From the NCBI GenBank assembly GCA_051453625.1, contig JBOZIK010000001.1, positions 33,627,155-33,678,891 on the forward strand: a DNA stretch of 51,737 bases, given 5' to 3'. Shown piece after piece: positions 24,658-38,300 of the stretch. Position numbers and translations under genes: made by a program. This DNA comes from Welwitschia mirabilis. Its lineage: Eukaryota. The stretch's first letter is position 1. Each line of letters opens with the position of its first letter. The notes under the pieces are model-generated. The model was not told the DNA's origin and did no database searches. It saw nothing but the letters and a program-made list of their open reading frames with translations.

Positions 24658-27630
24658 TATATTGACACAGTAATTATGTTAAGAGTACATGATTTTCAAC
24701 TTTCAAATTTTTTAGTTAGTTTTTATTATTCTAGTGATATATAACTAGTACTTTTCTCTTTACTTTGTATGTTTTCATTTCCTTCTAGTGGTAGATACTA
24801 GTTCATTTTTAGTAAAACCTAAACTAGTCTAAATTATTGAGTTTGGTTGCCTAATCTAACATCTAAACTTTATTGAGTTTAGCATCAAGATAGTTTGGTG
24901 CCATTTCTTTCCTCACCTATAATTATTCTTAACCTTCATCATTATATTCATGTTCATCATCGGTTGGATCTAACACTTCATCTTTCTTTCATTATACTTT
25001 ATCATTCAATACTTACCCATCATTCTTACATGTCTAATAATCCATCTTATATTCCTTTAAGAATACATTTTAAATCTTTTTAGAAAGTGTAGCTACATAT
25101 TCTATTAACACACTTGAATTCAATTCACACTCTTTGAAATAAACCTCCAAAAAGACTAAGGAAAACATTAAAAAAATATTTTAATTGATAGCCAAAGCTA
25201 ATGACCAAATCCTTAGGACTCTTAATCAACAATGAGAAAAATTAAATCTTCCTACATTCCATAAACCTAGAATCCTAGGAAACTTTAAAGGGATTAATAA
25301 GACTAAGATGAATGAAACCAAAATTATATTCCTAAGGAATTAGGAGGAAACCTTTGAAAAATCCATAATAAAACCTATGATGAAATCTAAGAGGACATTG
25401 AATTTAAACATGCCTTAGAGTGTAATTGATAAGATGCAAATAGGCTATACTTTGGAGTAGGATTAGATGCATCTAATGATAATTAATCCATACCAAGTGA
25501 GTTAACATTTGAGAAAGATAACTAATTAGAAGGCTATGTAATAGAGAATGAACTAATGAGTGACATCAATGATGTATAAAACAAATCTATCTTTAAGTCA
25601 ACAACATATCTCGCTTATGCAACCACATAAGAAATAATTTCTTAAAAACTTTAACAAATAAAAGAACACTAACCAAGAGCCATTATATGACCTACCCTAT
25701 AAAGACATTCCATCTTTTTGTCAACAACCTCTTGAATTCATTATGTAATTTGAGTAATACTTAAATCTTAATAAGAAAGAAAAATAATCTTTATCTTTAG
25801 AACCATCTTTTGATACTTGTCTTGATGATCATTTGTCATCTCAATGGTTTCAAGTTCACCTTTGTCAGCCCATAATAATGTCTTGTAGGAATTATTAAGT
25901 AAATAAGAACATGCTAAGGGATGGAAAATTATTAATTTTAAATAAATAAAATTTACTACTAATATTAATGCTCTTTTAATTTTTATGGATTTATGAATAG
26001 AAATATATTGGGATTTTCTCTCATTTTTGAATGAATTATATAATTTTGACTCATCATTTAACCATCGCATTAATCATTTTAAACCTTCACATATGTATTA
26101 CCTTGGAAAATACCTTAAAAAATTTTTAGTTGATTTGTATGCTTTTAAGTTAGATTTTTCTTTTATAGTATATTTTAATTTTAGAACAAATTCTAGTTTC
26201 AAAAAATTAAAAATGCTTAAAAAATTATACTTAATGCCCTTTCATGCATTAAACCAATCAAAAACTTCGACCTATGTAATCACTATCTCAAACATTTTCA
26301 TGTAGCAAATTCCAAATATCACCCACTCCACTAAATAAATCATCATTAACTCATCATTACCCATTTCATCCACTTTTTTACCACCTAATAAAATCCAACA
26401 ACCATCCTTCCCTCCCCTCCATCTATAAATTCTTGAAATTAGATGAACTAGTTGATTGCCCTTAAAGGAATAAACTATTAATAAGTGATCATAGTATTAT
26501 AAAAAATAGTTAGAATTTAAATATACTTATAGTTTTTCAAGAAAAGATTTTGTTATTTTCGAGTTAACTTATTAAGGCTTAGTTTTACTTAATGTCTTTC
26601 ATTTAAAAAAATATGATTAAATTAAGATATAAGTAAATTATTTTTCATAGCATTTCATTAGGAAAAGAATTATCTTGATTAGGCTAGTAAGCCAATGGTT
26701 CCTTTATATTCATTAAAATTATTGAGTATGAGAAAGATGATTAAAAAGAAAATGATTTACCTCCTCTCCAAAAGCACATTAATTATGGATCAGTAAAAAT
26801 TGGATTTAGTTAGCTGCAATGGGGCTATGAAAGCTCATGGCAATCTAGTTATAACAATTTAATTTATGACATGCTCAAATGTGTTAGAGCTATAAATGCT
26901 TGCTGTAATGCACTACTAACTCCTTCATATATCAACATGCTTAACTCTATTAGAAAGAGATGTTATAACAATAAATACCAAATTAGGTCAAAATTCTTGA
27001 AGTAACCAATGGTTGTGGAAAAATGTAAAAATTAGAATTAAAAAGGTCAAATTAGGAAATTCTTTTGTGTATACTTTCTATAACTTGTATACTTAAAAAT
27101 TTGCTTGATTAATTTTTGATTACATGTAGGTTAATTTAGAAGATATCTTGTTTGTTTGATAATGTAGCACATTTTAAATTTAGAAAAAAATTTCAAAAAT
27201 TTTCAATAAATGTGGTTACTAAATTAGGTAATCTATCTTTAGAATTTATGGATGTACATTTTATTAGGTTTTATGTTTTGTGCTTTTAAAAATTATATTT
27301 TAGTTTAGACTTGTAATGTGATTTACCTTAAAATACATTCATCAAAACCATTTTCTAGCCATGTAATAAACTCATTCTCACAAATCCTTGCATAAAATAT
27401 TCCATCTTTTTAATTTTGAGGATAAAGTTCAACTTTGGTTAGGGGGTATGACATTCATTTTTACTAATGTTTTTCAATTGGTGCCTTCAATTGTTAAAAG
27501 TTAATTAAAAAAATAAAAAATGTTAATATCATTTTTTTAGTTACCATTTTTACTAAATTTAGTTTTTCATGTCACAATTTCTTAATCAAATTTTTACTAA
27601 GGGACTAGTAAAAAAACTAGTTAGGGGATG

Positions 27631-28940
27631 TATTTATATGTAAAAATTAACATTCTAAGCAAGTAAAATGGATCAATTTAACATAGAAACAAAAATTAAA
27701 AACATATTATTTTATCATATAATAATTCTTTGTATTCTTTTTATTACTTTAACGTGTAATTATGAACCCCCCTTAATATGAGCAACATAGTTGCTACCTT
27801 ATGAAAAAATATGCATAAACTGACTAAGTTCCAGTATTAAATGCCAGTGCCACCAACTAGGGCTACTAGTGCCATTAGTCTTCTAAGGTAAACTACTATA
27901 AAACTTATGTTTCTAAATATTTTATAGGAAATAATTATTCTACAATTATGGACTTAGTCAAACATAAATCAAATTTAACCTTAAACTTTGATGATGCATC
28001 GCAGAAGTATAAGACAACACACATGCGATACAAACAAAGATGACTACATGGAATATACATGATATAAAATCTATTGGAAACATCATTATTAATCAAAATA
28101 TATATCATCATCCTCCTTACACTTAAAGGAATCTTTCTTTCTAGCTATATGCTAAAAATTATAACTTCCTCCTTATGTAACCACCTTTAAGTAATCCCCT
28201 TTATATAATTACCATCTAACACAATCATGACTTATACTGTAAGCATTTCCTCATCTATAAAAGGGCCTTGAGCACCCATTATAAACATATTATGTTTGGC
28301 TTAATGTAGGGAAGTCTTAGATGCTAGGATGTGATGGCACTTTGATAAACTTTCTTGAAGGTAGAATGTGTAAGGCTAGTTAAGTAGTTTTTCTTCTTTA
28401 AATTCTTTATTTGATATAATGTATATTTATTTAATTTTAATAAATGAATTAATTTAAACCCTTTCATTGTTAATGCACAAGGTTATTTTGTATTAGTAAT
28501 ATTTAGGTAGGACTTGCTTTAGGATCAGTTTTAATTCTTTCATTACTATTGCGTTATTTATGGGCATTACTAATATTTAGGTAGGACTAATTCTTAAGTA
28601 GGATTTTTCCTTTTATTATTATTCTATGATTTATTTAATATTGGTAATTTTTAGATAGAGCTTACTTAATTGTTAAGTTTAAGATATAGGAATCATTAGA
28701 GCAAATGGAGAGAGTTGGATAAATGAAGTAGAGATTTAGAGCATTTTTGTTTCCATATATTTTCAACTACAAATCATTCTAGTTCTTAACTATATATATA
28801 TTATATTATATTATATTTAATTTTTCACTATACTTATAATAATCATGTTTCTTTTCTAAAAGTTATCACACGTATCCTTATAAAAGAATTATTCTAAGTA
28901 TAAACAGAAATAAATATAGATCACGACAAAGCTATGATCA
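27631..28940 (+). repeat. Element A 3' LTR
   Basis: Preceded by the PPT tagttaggggatg (a second PPT-like ttggttagggggtatg at ~27435) and ends in CA. Contains a short TA-rich microsatellite at 28790-28816. Confidence 0.9.
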
Positions 28941-31182
28941 CCCCAAAAACATTAGAATGAAAATGCTTAAAAATGTTATCTATTTTAGTTTAGGACATAC
29001 ATTTATAGATGATTTGTTCTAAATAATACTTTAAAGAATATGGACTATTGCAAAAGAAGTATTTGACTTGGCTTAAGAACCTCTTTTTATTACTAAAGGT
29101 CTAGTGAAAAGGAATGTTCTTAAAGACTAAGTAGTTTTTTATATTCATAAACTAAGGTGTTTTCTTAACCAAAAAAAATGTTATCAAGAATGATATCATT
29201 AATGAAAAGGAATATTTATAGATGATCTTGTATTAATTATGAAAGATGATCTACAACTACATTATCAAAGCCCTTTTTATCTTTAATCTTCAAGTCAAGC
29301 TCCTGCAAAAGGGAAATCCACCTAATCAGTCTTAATTTTAAATCCTTCATAGGAAAAAGATATGTAAGGGACAAATGATATGTACAAATAATCATCTTCA
29401 ATTCTAAAAGATATTTCCTAAATTTTTATAGGGTAAATACTATGACCAGTAACACTTTCCCTATAACTATGTAGTTTAACTAATTGTCATTCAACATTCT
29501 ATTGGCATAATAGATTGTAATTGGTTTTCTATATATCCTTTATTCTAGAATGGATATAATTGCATAATCATTTACATCACATATAAGATTAAAATATGAT
29601 CTTTATTTAGGTGGTTAAATGATGGTAGTAAAAGCTAGTTTTTCCTTAAGTTCTTCAAAAATCTATTGACACTTAGGGCTCTAGTTGAAGGTGACATATT
29701 TACTTAAGATATTATACAATAGTTTAGAGATTTTACTATAATTCTTAATGAATCTTCTAGAGTATTCTACATGTCTTAAAAAATATCTAATGTCTTTTTT
29801 TCTTTTGAGGATTTAACAAATATGTGATCAGAGAAACATTCATAGGATCTACTTAGATTCATTCTTTAAAGATGACATGTCCTAATACTATAACTTAATT
29901 AATCATAAAGTGGCATTGTTTCTAGTTAAGCATCAAACAATTTTTGATATATCACTTAAGGACACATTCTTAGTTATGCAAACATTAGTTAAAATACCTT
30001 TTCTAGATTAAGAAGTCATCCATGAATATTTTAAAACCTGAATCTAATAAATCAAAGAAAATATAATCATGTAACATTGGAAAGTTATAGGTGCATTTCA
30101 TAATCAAACATGCATTCTTTTATAGATGAAAGTTCTAGAAGAGTAGGTGAAGGTAGTTTTGTCTTAGTTCTTAAGGGTAATTTCAATTTAATTATATCTA
30201 GAGTACCCATATCAAGTTATTCTAAGATTTAATTCAAGAAATTAAGAAGAAAGCAATCCTTTCTTAAGATGGAATTTAATTTTGTATAGTTAATACACAT
30301 ATTTTATTTTACTATAATTATAGCGGGGACTATTTCCTTAAGTTTGTTAGCAATTAGGGTAATTCTAACATTATTTACTAGATTCTAAGTCAGACTTATC
30401 CATTTTCTATCTAAGATGGGTAGATAAGTCCATTATTCAAAAGCTTAATTGTCTTTGATCTTATCTAAATGGCTTGGCATTTTATTCCATATAAATATAA
30501 CACATATAAATGTTGGAATCAATGTCCCTAATGTCTAAAAGAGTCCATTCTATTACTTGCTTATTCTTTCTTAAGAGATTTAGCAACTAGGATTTTTGAG
30601 ATAATATTAAGGAAGAATTGATAAATATTAAAAACGTGGAATTGTCTCCTAAGAAATCATATTTGAGTTTAGTTAGGAATGACTTAAGTTTAAGGTTAAT
30701 TTTATTCTATTTAAGATCAATTTTATTTTAAGTAAGAGGGCATGATTTTTGAGAGAAATTTAAGTTATCATTTTTAAAAGAGTGAGAGGAAGATTTTTAA
30801 TCTCCAAAAAGGCTTTTTATCTTATCGACATGTTCTATCCATTTATAATTTGATGAAACTGTCATGGAATTAAAAACATTTATTTATAGTCATATTACTA
30901 AAGAAAATATTTATTAACCCCTTCTTACAATTAATTAAGAAGTTTGCGATGGCTAGAAATGCCTTTTTAAATAATAGGTACTAATTAGATTGATGTATTT
31001 TCATATCTAAAACTACAAAACTAACTAGAAAGTAACAGATATTAACCCTAATAATTATGTCCTCTATAACTCTTAATGGTATTTTATAGTATTATCAGTT
31101 AAGTGGAGTTGAAGGTTTGTGTTTTTAAGCCCTTCTAAGCCTAACTCTTTATAGAATCCATAGAATAGCAAGTTTACACTAG
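28941..31182 (-). pseudogene. pol: Gypsy pol relic: protease, RT, RNase H, integrase N-terminus
   Basis: SVNLL..., VIEDIIIRVNICYFLVSFVVLDM, LKYDFLG, EWTLLDIRDI, YTKLNSILRKD, DKTTFT, NAPITFQ, IFMDDF (FMDD at 30015-30026), ICDVNDYAI, LIRWISLLQELDLKIKDKKGFDNVVVDHLS. Confidence 0.93.
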
Positions 31183-31959
31183 NNNNNNNNNNNNNNNNNN
31201 NNNNNNNNNNNNNNNNNNNNNNNNNNNNNNNNNNNNNNNNNNNNNNNNNNNNNNNNNNNNNNNNNNNNNNNNNNNNNNNNNNNNNNNNNNNNNNNNNNNN
31301 NNNNNNNNNNNNNNNNNNNNNNNNNNNNNNNNNNNNNNNNNNNNNNNNNNNNNNNNNNNNNNNNNNNNNNNNNNNNNNNNNNNNNNNNNNNNNNNNNNNN
31401 NNNNNNNNNNNNNNNNNNNNNNNNNNNNNNNNNNNNNNNNNNNNNNNNNNNNNNNNNNNNNNNNNNNNNNNNNNNNNNNNNNNNNNNNNNNNNNNNNNNN
31501 NNNNNNNNNNNNNNNNNNNNNNNNNNNNNNNNNNNNNNNNNNNNNNNNNNNNNNNNNNNNNNNNNNNNNNNNNNNNNNNNNNNNNNNNNNNNNNNNNNNN
31601 NNNNNNNNNNNNNNNNNNNNNNNNNNNNNNNNNNNNNNNNNNNNNNNNNNNNNNNNNNNNNNNNNNNNNNNNNNNNNNNNNNNNNNNNNNNNNNNNNNNN
31701 NNNNNNNNNNNNNNNNNNNNNNNNNNNNNNNNNNNNNNNNNNNNNNNNNNNNNNNNNNNNNNNNNNNNNNNNNNNNNNNNNNNNNNNNNNNNNNNNNNNN
31801 NNNNNNNNNNNNNNNNNNNNNNNNNNNNNNNNNNNNNNNNNNNNNNNNNNNNNNNNNNNNNNNNNNNNNNNNNNNNNNNNNNNNNNNNNNNNNNNNNNNN
31901 NNNNNNNNNNNNNNNNNNNNNNNNNNNNNNNNNNNNNNNNNNNNNNNNNNNNNNNNNNN

Positions 31960-33858
31960 ATGTTTAAGGAATTTTGCATACAAAGGGATCTTCTTAATGG
32001 ATTCTAAGAGAGAGATGTTTATCTTAACTTCTTTAAAGATCTCTAAAGCCTCTAATTATTTCTTCATGATATTGTACTTCCTAAGTTCTTGAGGAAAAGG
32101 TAAGGGTTATTTATACATGAGTAATGGTGTTTAGCTTACTTTTTAATTTTATTTAATTTTTTATAAGGGTTGGTTTTTCCTTAGTTTTATTTTGAATGAA
32201 TGGATTTTCTAATTCACTTCCACTTTTAAGGTGAATGAACTTGGTTTTTCTTATGTGTTCCATTTCTTTAGTAGACTTAACTCTGTTTGGATTTAGTTGA
32301 GTAGTTATAGGAAGTTTGCCTATTTTCCTTTGGTCAAGCATGGAAAGGATTTAAGTTTGCATCTACTAGAATTATTGGAAGACTTAGATAATGGATTGTA
32401 GGTTCTATTCAAGGCTATTTAATGTGAAGGAGTTTTGTTGTAATGATTATTCATGATTGCAATTACGTTAAACTCAGGCTTCCATAAACTTTTTAACTAA
32501 ATACTCAAAGAGGATGAATGAGAATGAGTTTTAGTAATTAAAAGGAAAAGGATGAGAGAGTAATAATAGTAATTAATTTTTTAGCTAATTAATTTGATTG
32601 TCTTACTTCAAACAAAAATTAGGGTAATTCCTCCACCGAGGACTATATGTATTAGAGTGAGGGTTGTTTTTAGAATTTTGCCTTTGGTATCATACTATAT
32701 TTACTTACTTATTAATAGTATTTTGAATAAATAAATGAAATAATATTCAACTATTTCATGGATTTTAATATGGTAGATGAGATATTATAGATTATCAACC
32801 ATGGATGAAGGTGAGGATGAGGTGGGTAAAAATTCTAATATTCTCACTTGTTCATCTATTCTATTATTAACCTTAAAGTTTTTAGGTACCTTAAACATAC
32901 TTATAAACCTAACAAAATGATGGAATCTTGATGGTCTAGTAGGTTTCTCCCAATTCTTGGAACTCTTAGCTACACTCTTAAGGTACTCCTAAACTCCATC
33001 TAAATACATGCTAAAGAACTTTTCCCTACTTATTAACTAATTAATGGTTATTGGTGGAGAACATCATAGAAAAAGCTTATCTTCCTTCCTAATTTAAATC
33101 TATATTAGACACATTTTTAGAATATGTTTTGAATTGTTCTATGATTTGTAAAAATACTTTATACCCCTCTTGTTAGAAATTCTTAACTTCTTTCATCAGG
33201 GCATTTATTTTATAAGTGGAAACAAATTTAGAAATGAAGGATTTATTTAGATAAGCTCAAGTTCTTATGTAAAAGGATTTGAGCATGTATAACTAAGATT
33301 TTATCTTTTATTGTAAGAAAAATGAAATTAAGATAAGCCTAAGGGAATTATGAGTATTTTAATATTTGGGAATCATTAATAAGACACACTCAAATTCCTT
33401 AAGATGAAGATCCAAATATTTAGATTCTAGGCTATAAAAGTGAGGTACAAGTTGGATAGTGAAGGTTTTAAATTCTAACCTTTGATTTATGGATGGTAAA
33501 ATAATGCATAAAGGTGTTCTTATAGATTAGGATTGGAGATAATCACGAAGGATTTGCCTAGATTAGTTTACATTGACTATAGCTACTTTTCATTTAGCCA
33601 CCTCTTGGGTAAGATTATGATCCATTAATCAGGTGATTAGTTCTTTTTTGGACGTTTCTCCACTAAGTGGATCATCTAAATCTTGTTGTTATTAGGGTGG
33701 AGGGTCTTATTAGTTGTTATTTGGGTTATTTTAAAGATAAAAGTTTGATTTCTTTAGTAATTATCATTTCATTGCATACATCTTGGATTACTCTAATGGT
33801 CCATCTTACTTAAAGTATTTCTAACTAATCTTCTAAATTTATCACAGGTCCAAAACAT
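31960..33858 (-). pseudogene. gag: Athila-type gag relic
   Basis: Start MFWTCDKFRRLVR (33858), IQLVPHFYSLESKYLDLHLKEFECV, QRKIGKLPITTQLNP and IHLKSG (ORF 32153-32341), PFPQEL, EVKINISLLESIKKIPLYAKFLK. Confidence 0.9.
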
Positions 33859-34008
33859 ATAAGAATATGTTTAGACTATTTTCAAGTATGTTTTGGATCA
33901 GTTTTCACATAGCTTATAAGCCATAGAGGTTTTTGGTAGCTCTCAAAGTTTTTAAGAAAGATAACAGAGTGTTTAGAGCAGAAAAGTTGACTATTCATTA
34001 TTTTACAA

Positions 34009-35332
34009 TGGCTAGGTTTAAAACTAAGTTAAAAATTAGTTATTTTTATTCCATAGGAATAATCGGGATTAACTAAATAGAAACTGCATAAACTCTTAAT
34101 AACTTATAAGTTACATAAAAAAAGAGATAAAATGAAGAAGGGAAAGAGAAGAAGAAGTTGAGATTTTCATTTTGAAACTTCATTAGAAAAGTGAAAAGAA
34201 AGCAAGCTTTAAGTTACTAGATTCATCTTACTATAAGTTATTACTTGATCATATATGGTACTATCCTAAAATATAAACTGAAAGAATTAAGTGTAAAGAT
34301 TGGGTGATGATGACATAATTTCATTTACCATTTGAGTCTTGGTAAACTCAATTGTCATTGATCTTTCATAGTCTTAGAGTAAAAACATAAAGTATGAACT
34401 AATAATATTCAAGATTCATGAAACTATCTATGAATGAATTAACAAATTGAATTCAATTAATTCACCAAAATAAGCTTGATAATTGCACTATCTATTAAGT
34501 CTTCTTAGTATAAAATTAAATTTGAAACTAATAATTAAAAGAAAATAACTCTAAATCACTAAATTAAGAAAATGTACATGACATTAGAGATGAAAGAACA
34601 AAAAAGACTTCTTAAGCTCTTAGAAAGCATGCTTACTTCTCAAGGAAGTATTTAAAGGGCCATTGTATCTTAACATTCTAGAGGTTTTATGATTTTTCCA
34701 AATGAAGGATTAATACTCTAAAGGACTTAAGGCCCTTTTATAGGTTAGAATAGAGGTAAGGGATGATTACAAGCTTTTAGCTTATAATTCTAGGTGGTAG
34801 TTACATAACCATAACATTAGAAAGGATGGTTTATTATTTATTCTATTTAGTAGAAATTCCTATGGTGATGTCAATACTTAGCTCCTAGATGATGTAGATT
34901 CTACCCATAGCTATCATTGCCATATATCTCCACCCTTATTCTAGTCATTAGTGCCACATGAAACTATGTGAATTATCATCATCACCCTATGAGTCATTGA
35001 GAATGAAGGATATTATAAAGATAAACTTTGATAAAGCTCATACATCTAATTAACTGAATTATTCATGACATTTCAAGAATGTGAAAATGAAAGGGATCTA
35101 TCCACATTAATTGGCAGTAGGAGTGTTTTATCTTGATTAATCATCAACTTTAGTAATAGCCTTAATATGCATTAAATACCTTAAAAATTTCATGGGAGAG
35201 TGATAAGTCCATAACTAATATTAAAAATCAATACAAGACATGTTTTATGGTAAAATTTATTATATTAATGCCTTTCATTAAGATAAACTAGTCATTTAAC
35301 TTGATTAGAATGTTAATTTTTAAATGTTAACA
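34009..35332 (-). repeat. Element B 3' LTR
   Basis: 34294-35332 is collinear with 39783-40845. Right edge tgttaaca followed by caccttctaactag (PPT on the minus strand). Confidence 0.85.
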
Positions 35333-38300
35333 CACCTTCTAACTAGACTTTTGGTAGTGCCTCAATAAAAAGTTGATAACAACATTATTAAACATGAAAA
35401 AATTATTTAACTTAAAGCACTCAAGCATAAAAATGATTTAACTTTGAAAAATTTTTATGAACAATTTTAAGTAATTCAGGCATCAAAATAAAAACTCTAG
35501 TAAAAAAATATAAGTCATACTCCTCAATCAAAACTAAATTTTGTTCTCAAATTTATATGATAAAAAGTGTTTATAAAATATTTTGGTACATAGTTTTAGA
35601 AAGGTTACGATGAGCCATGTTATTGAAAACCATGCAACTAAGATATAAAAATGGAAAAACTAACTAACATGAAACAATCATTTTATTTCTAAAAGGTATA
35701 AGTAAAAAATTCAAATCATAAAAAGTTTATTTCTATGAGTTGGAGTGAGATGAAATGAATGTTTGAGATGCATAATGAAAATGGACTTAATCATTGACCA
35801 ATGAATGAATGAGATAACTTTCCTAAGCTAATGGCCTTTATTATATTTTTGTATTTTTTAGTAGACTTTAATATTAAGTAAGCATAGTCTTGACTAAATA
35901 GTGTATAGGAAATTAAGAAATCACAGCAAATTATAAGTGTAAAAGTTAAAGGTCAACTAATCATAGAAGGCCTTTAATTCCCATCTCTCTAATTCCTTTA
36001 TTTTCCATTCTTACTAGTATATATGTCCTTAGTTTTAAACATTTGAATCACATTAAGCATTAAGTGTTATAAAATCTTTCTCCAATATATGTAGGAATCA
36101 ATGTTGCATTGCNNNNNNNNNNNNNNNNNNNNNNNNNNNNNNNNNNNNNNNNNNNNNNNNNNNNNNNNNNNNNNNNNNNNNNNNNNNNNNNNNNNNNNNN
36201 NNNNNNNNNNNNNNNNNNNNNNNNNNNNNNNNNNNNNNNNNNNNNNNNNNNNNNNNNNNNNNNNNNNNNNNNNNNNNNNNNNNNNNNNNNNNNNNNNNNN
36301 NNNNNNNNNNNNNNNNNNNNNNNNNNNNNNNNNNNNNNNNNNNNNNNNNNNNNNNNNNNNNNNNNNNNNNNNNNNNNNNNNNNNNNNNNNNNNNNNNNNN
36401 NNNNNNNNNNNNNNNNNNNNNNNNNNNNNNNNNNNNNNNNNNNNNNNNNNNNNNNNNNNNNNNNNNNNNNNNNNNNNNNNNNNNNNNNNNNNNNNNNNNN
36501 NNNNNNNNNNNNNNNNNNNNNNNNNNNNNNNNNNNNNNNNNNNNNNNNNNNNNNNNNNNNNNNNNNNNNNNNNNNNNNNNNNNNNNNNNNNNNNNNNNNN
36601 NNNNNNNNNNNNNNNNNNNNNNNNNNNNNNNNNNNNNNNNNNNNNNNNNNNNNNNNNNNNNNNNNNNNNNNNNNNNNNNNNNNNNNNNNNNNNNNNNNNN
36701 NNNNNNNNNNNNNNNNNNNNNNNNNNNNNNNNNNNNNNNNNNNNNNNNNNNNNNNNNNNNNNNNNNNNNNNNNNNNNNNNNNNNNNNNNNNNNNNNNNNN
36801 NNNNNNNNNNNNNNNNNNNNNNNNNNNNNNNNNNNNNNTATGTGAATTTTTGAGAAGAGATATTTTCTTTAATTTATATTCTCATGTTCATTTTTATACA
36901 CATTTAAAGAGGTCATTATCTCATTAGCCTAATAAAAATAAGTCTTGTCCCCTATTAAAGACTTTAAGAAACATGTTACAAAGGTAGATCCCACCTTTTC
37001 AACTAAATTTTACTGAAATCGGAGACCCTAAGTGAATGCACTTCTAAATATCACACTCAAAATAACTCCCCCTTGAAAAACCATAATCAAACTTAATCAC
37101 AACCATGATGTAAGTGATATGAGATGATTTAGTAATGATTTTTATTTAGACCATTAACCTAGGCCTATACGCCTCAAAAATTCATAGAGAAATGGCTAGG
37201 ATGAATGGTTTTTAGGTTTAGTAAGGTCATTATAAAATGGAAGAGGCAAATGTAGGGACTTAAGAAGGAAAAAATTGGGAATTTATAAGTGAAAGGGTTT
37301 AAAGTAATAATTTCATAGATGGAAGTTATTACATGGTTTAGTCAAGAATGATTATCAAGAATATATATATTTGAGTCTTTTATTTTTTCCTAAATGAAAT
37401 AAAACTAAAGAAAAATCTATCCTAAAAGAAAATTCTAACTTAGAAGTTAAAACTTCTTTAAAGTGATATGTATGTGGAGGCTCAAGAGTGTGGAATCAAC
37501 CATTAGATGATTTGAAACTTTGCAATGTATTTTGAATTAGAAAAGAACATTACTATAAGAAGAAAGATTTATATGTTTAAAATTAATAGTAGTTCATCCC
37601 TTAGCTTGTTCATGCTTAGTCAAAAACTCATGTAAAGCTGATATTATAAAGACAAAAATGAATTAAAAGAGTTATGGTATTTTAAAGTTGGTTCTAATTT
37701 CTCAAAGTTTTATCTTCTTTATTAAGGCTTTGTCTTGCTTAATATATGAAGGTGAAGATGTAATAGTTGATTCATTGAGTTGTTCATAAGGAAATGAGAA
37801 TGAATTATGTATAGGCTCTTTGCTAATGTTTTCTTCCTCATTATGATCACTGTTAGATTCCTTTACATGCAATTACTTAAGCAACATTGGTTGTGATTCC
37901 ATGTTTTATTTATATATGTTCTTACTAACATAGTTATTTCTCTTTTAATTCATCCTTTAACAAGTTTAACCCTACTCCAAAGTATAGATTTCTCACATAT
38001 AATTGATTGTTAAATAATGCATTTCTAAATTCAAAACCCTCATGGATTTTGTCATTCATTTCTTCCTCATGAAACGTGGCTTGAGCATTATTGGTTTTAA
38101 TATCCTTAATCCTTTCAAAAATTTTAAGGCTCTTAGATTCATGAATTAGAGGAAGATTTTATTTTTGTTGATTGAGGTTTTTTATGATTTGAACATTGGC
38201 CTTAGTTATATGTTAAGGGATTTAGATTTGGATTTGAAAACTTTGCTCAAGATTACTTAAGGAAGAGGAGTGTTGTTCAAAAATTATTTCATGGTTTTGG

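Larger units (their letters stand above)
23320..28940 (+). mobile_element. Non-autonomous Athila-related LTR element A (5.6 kb, two LTRs, no pol)
   Basis: LTRs 23320-24634 and 27631-28940, PBS 24640-24657, PPT 27618-27630, degenerate TSD catca/cccca. No RT, RNase H or integrase motifs in the 3-kb interior. Confidence 0.88.

Noticed and set aside
24895..25083. His-rich ORFs (also 38361-38543) as metal-binding peptides
   Set aside because: They are alternative-frame readings of a CAT/TCA-rich decayed interior of the non-autonomous elements.
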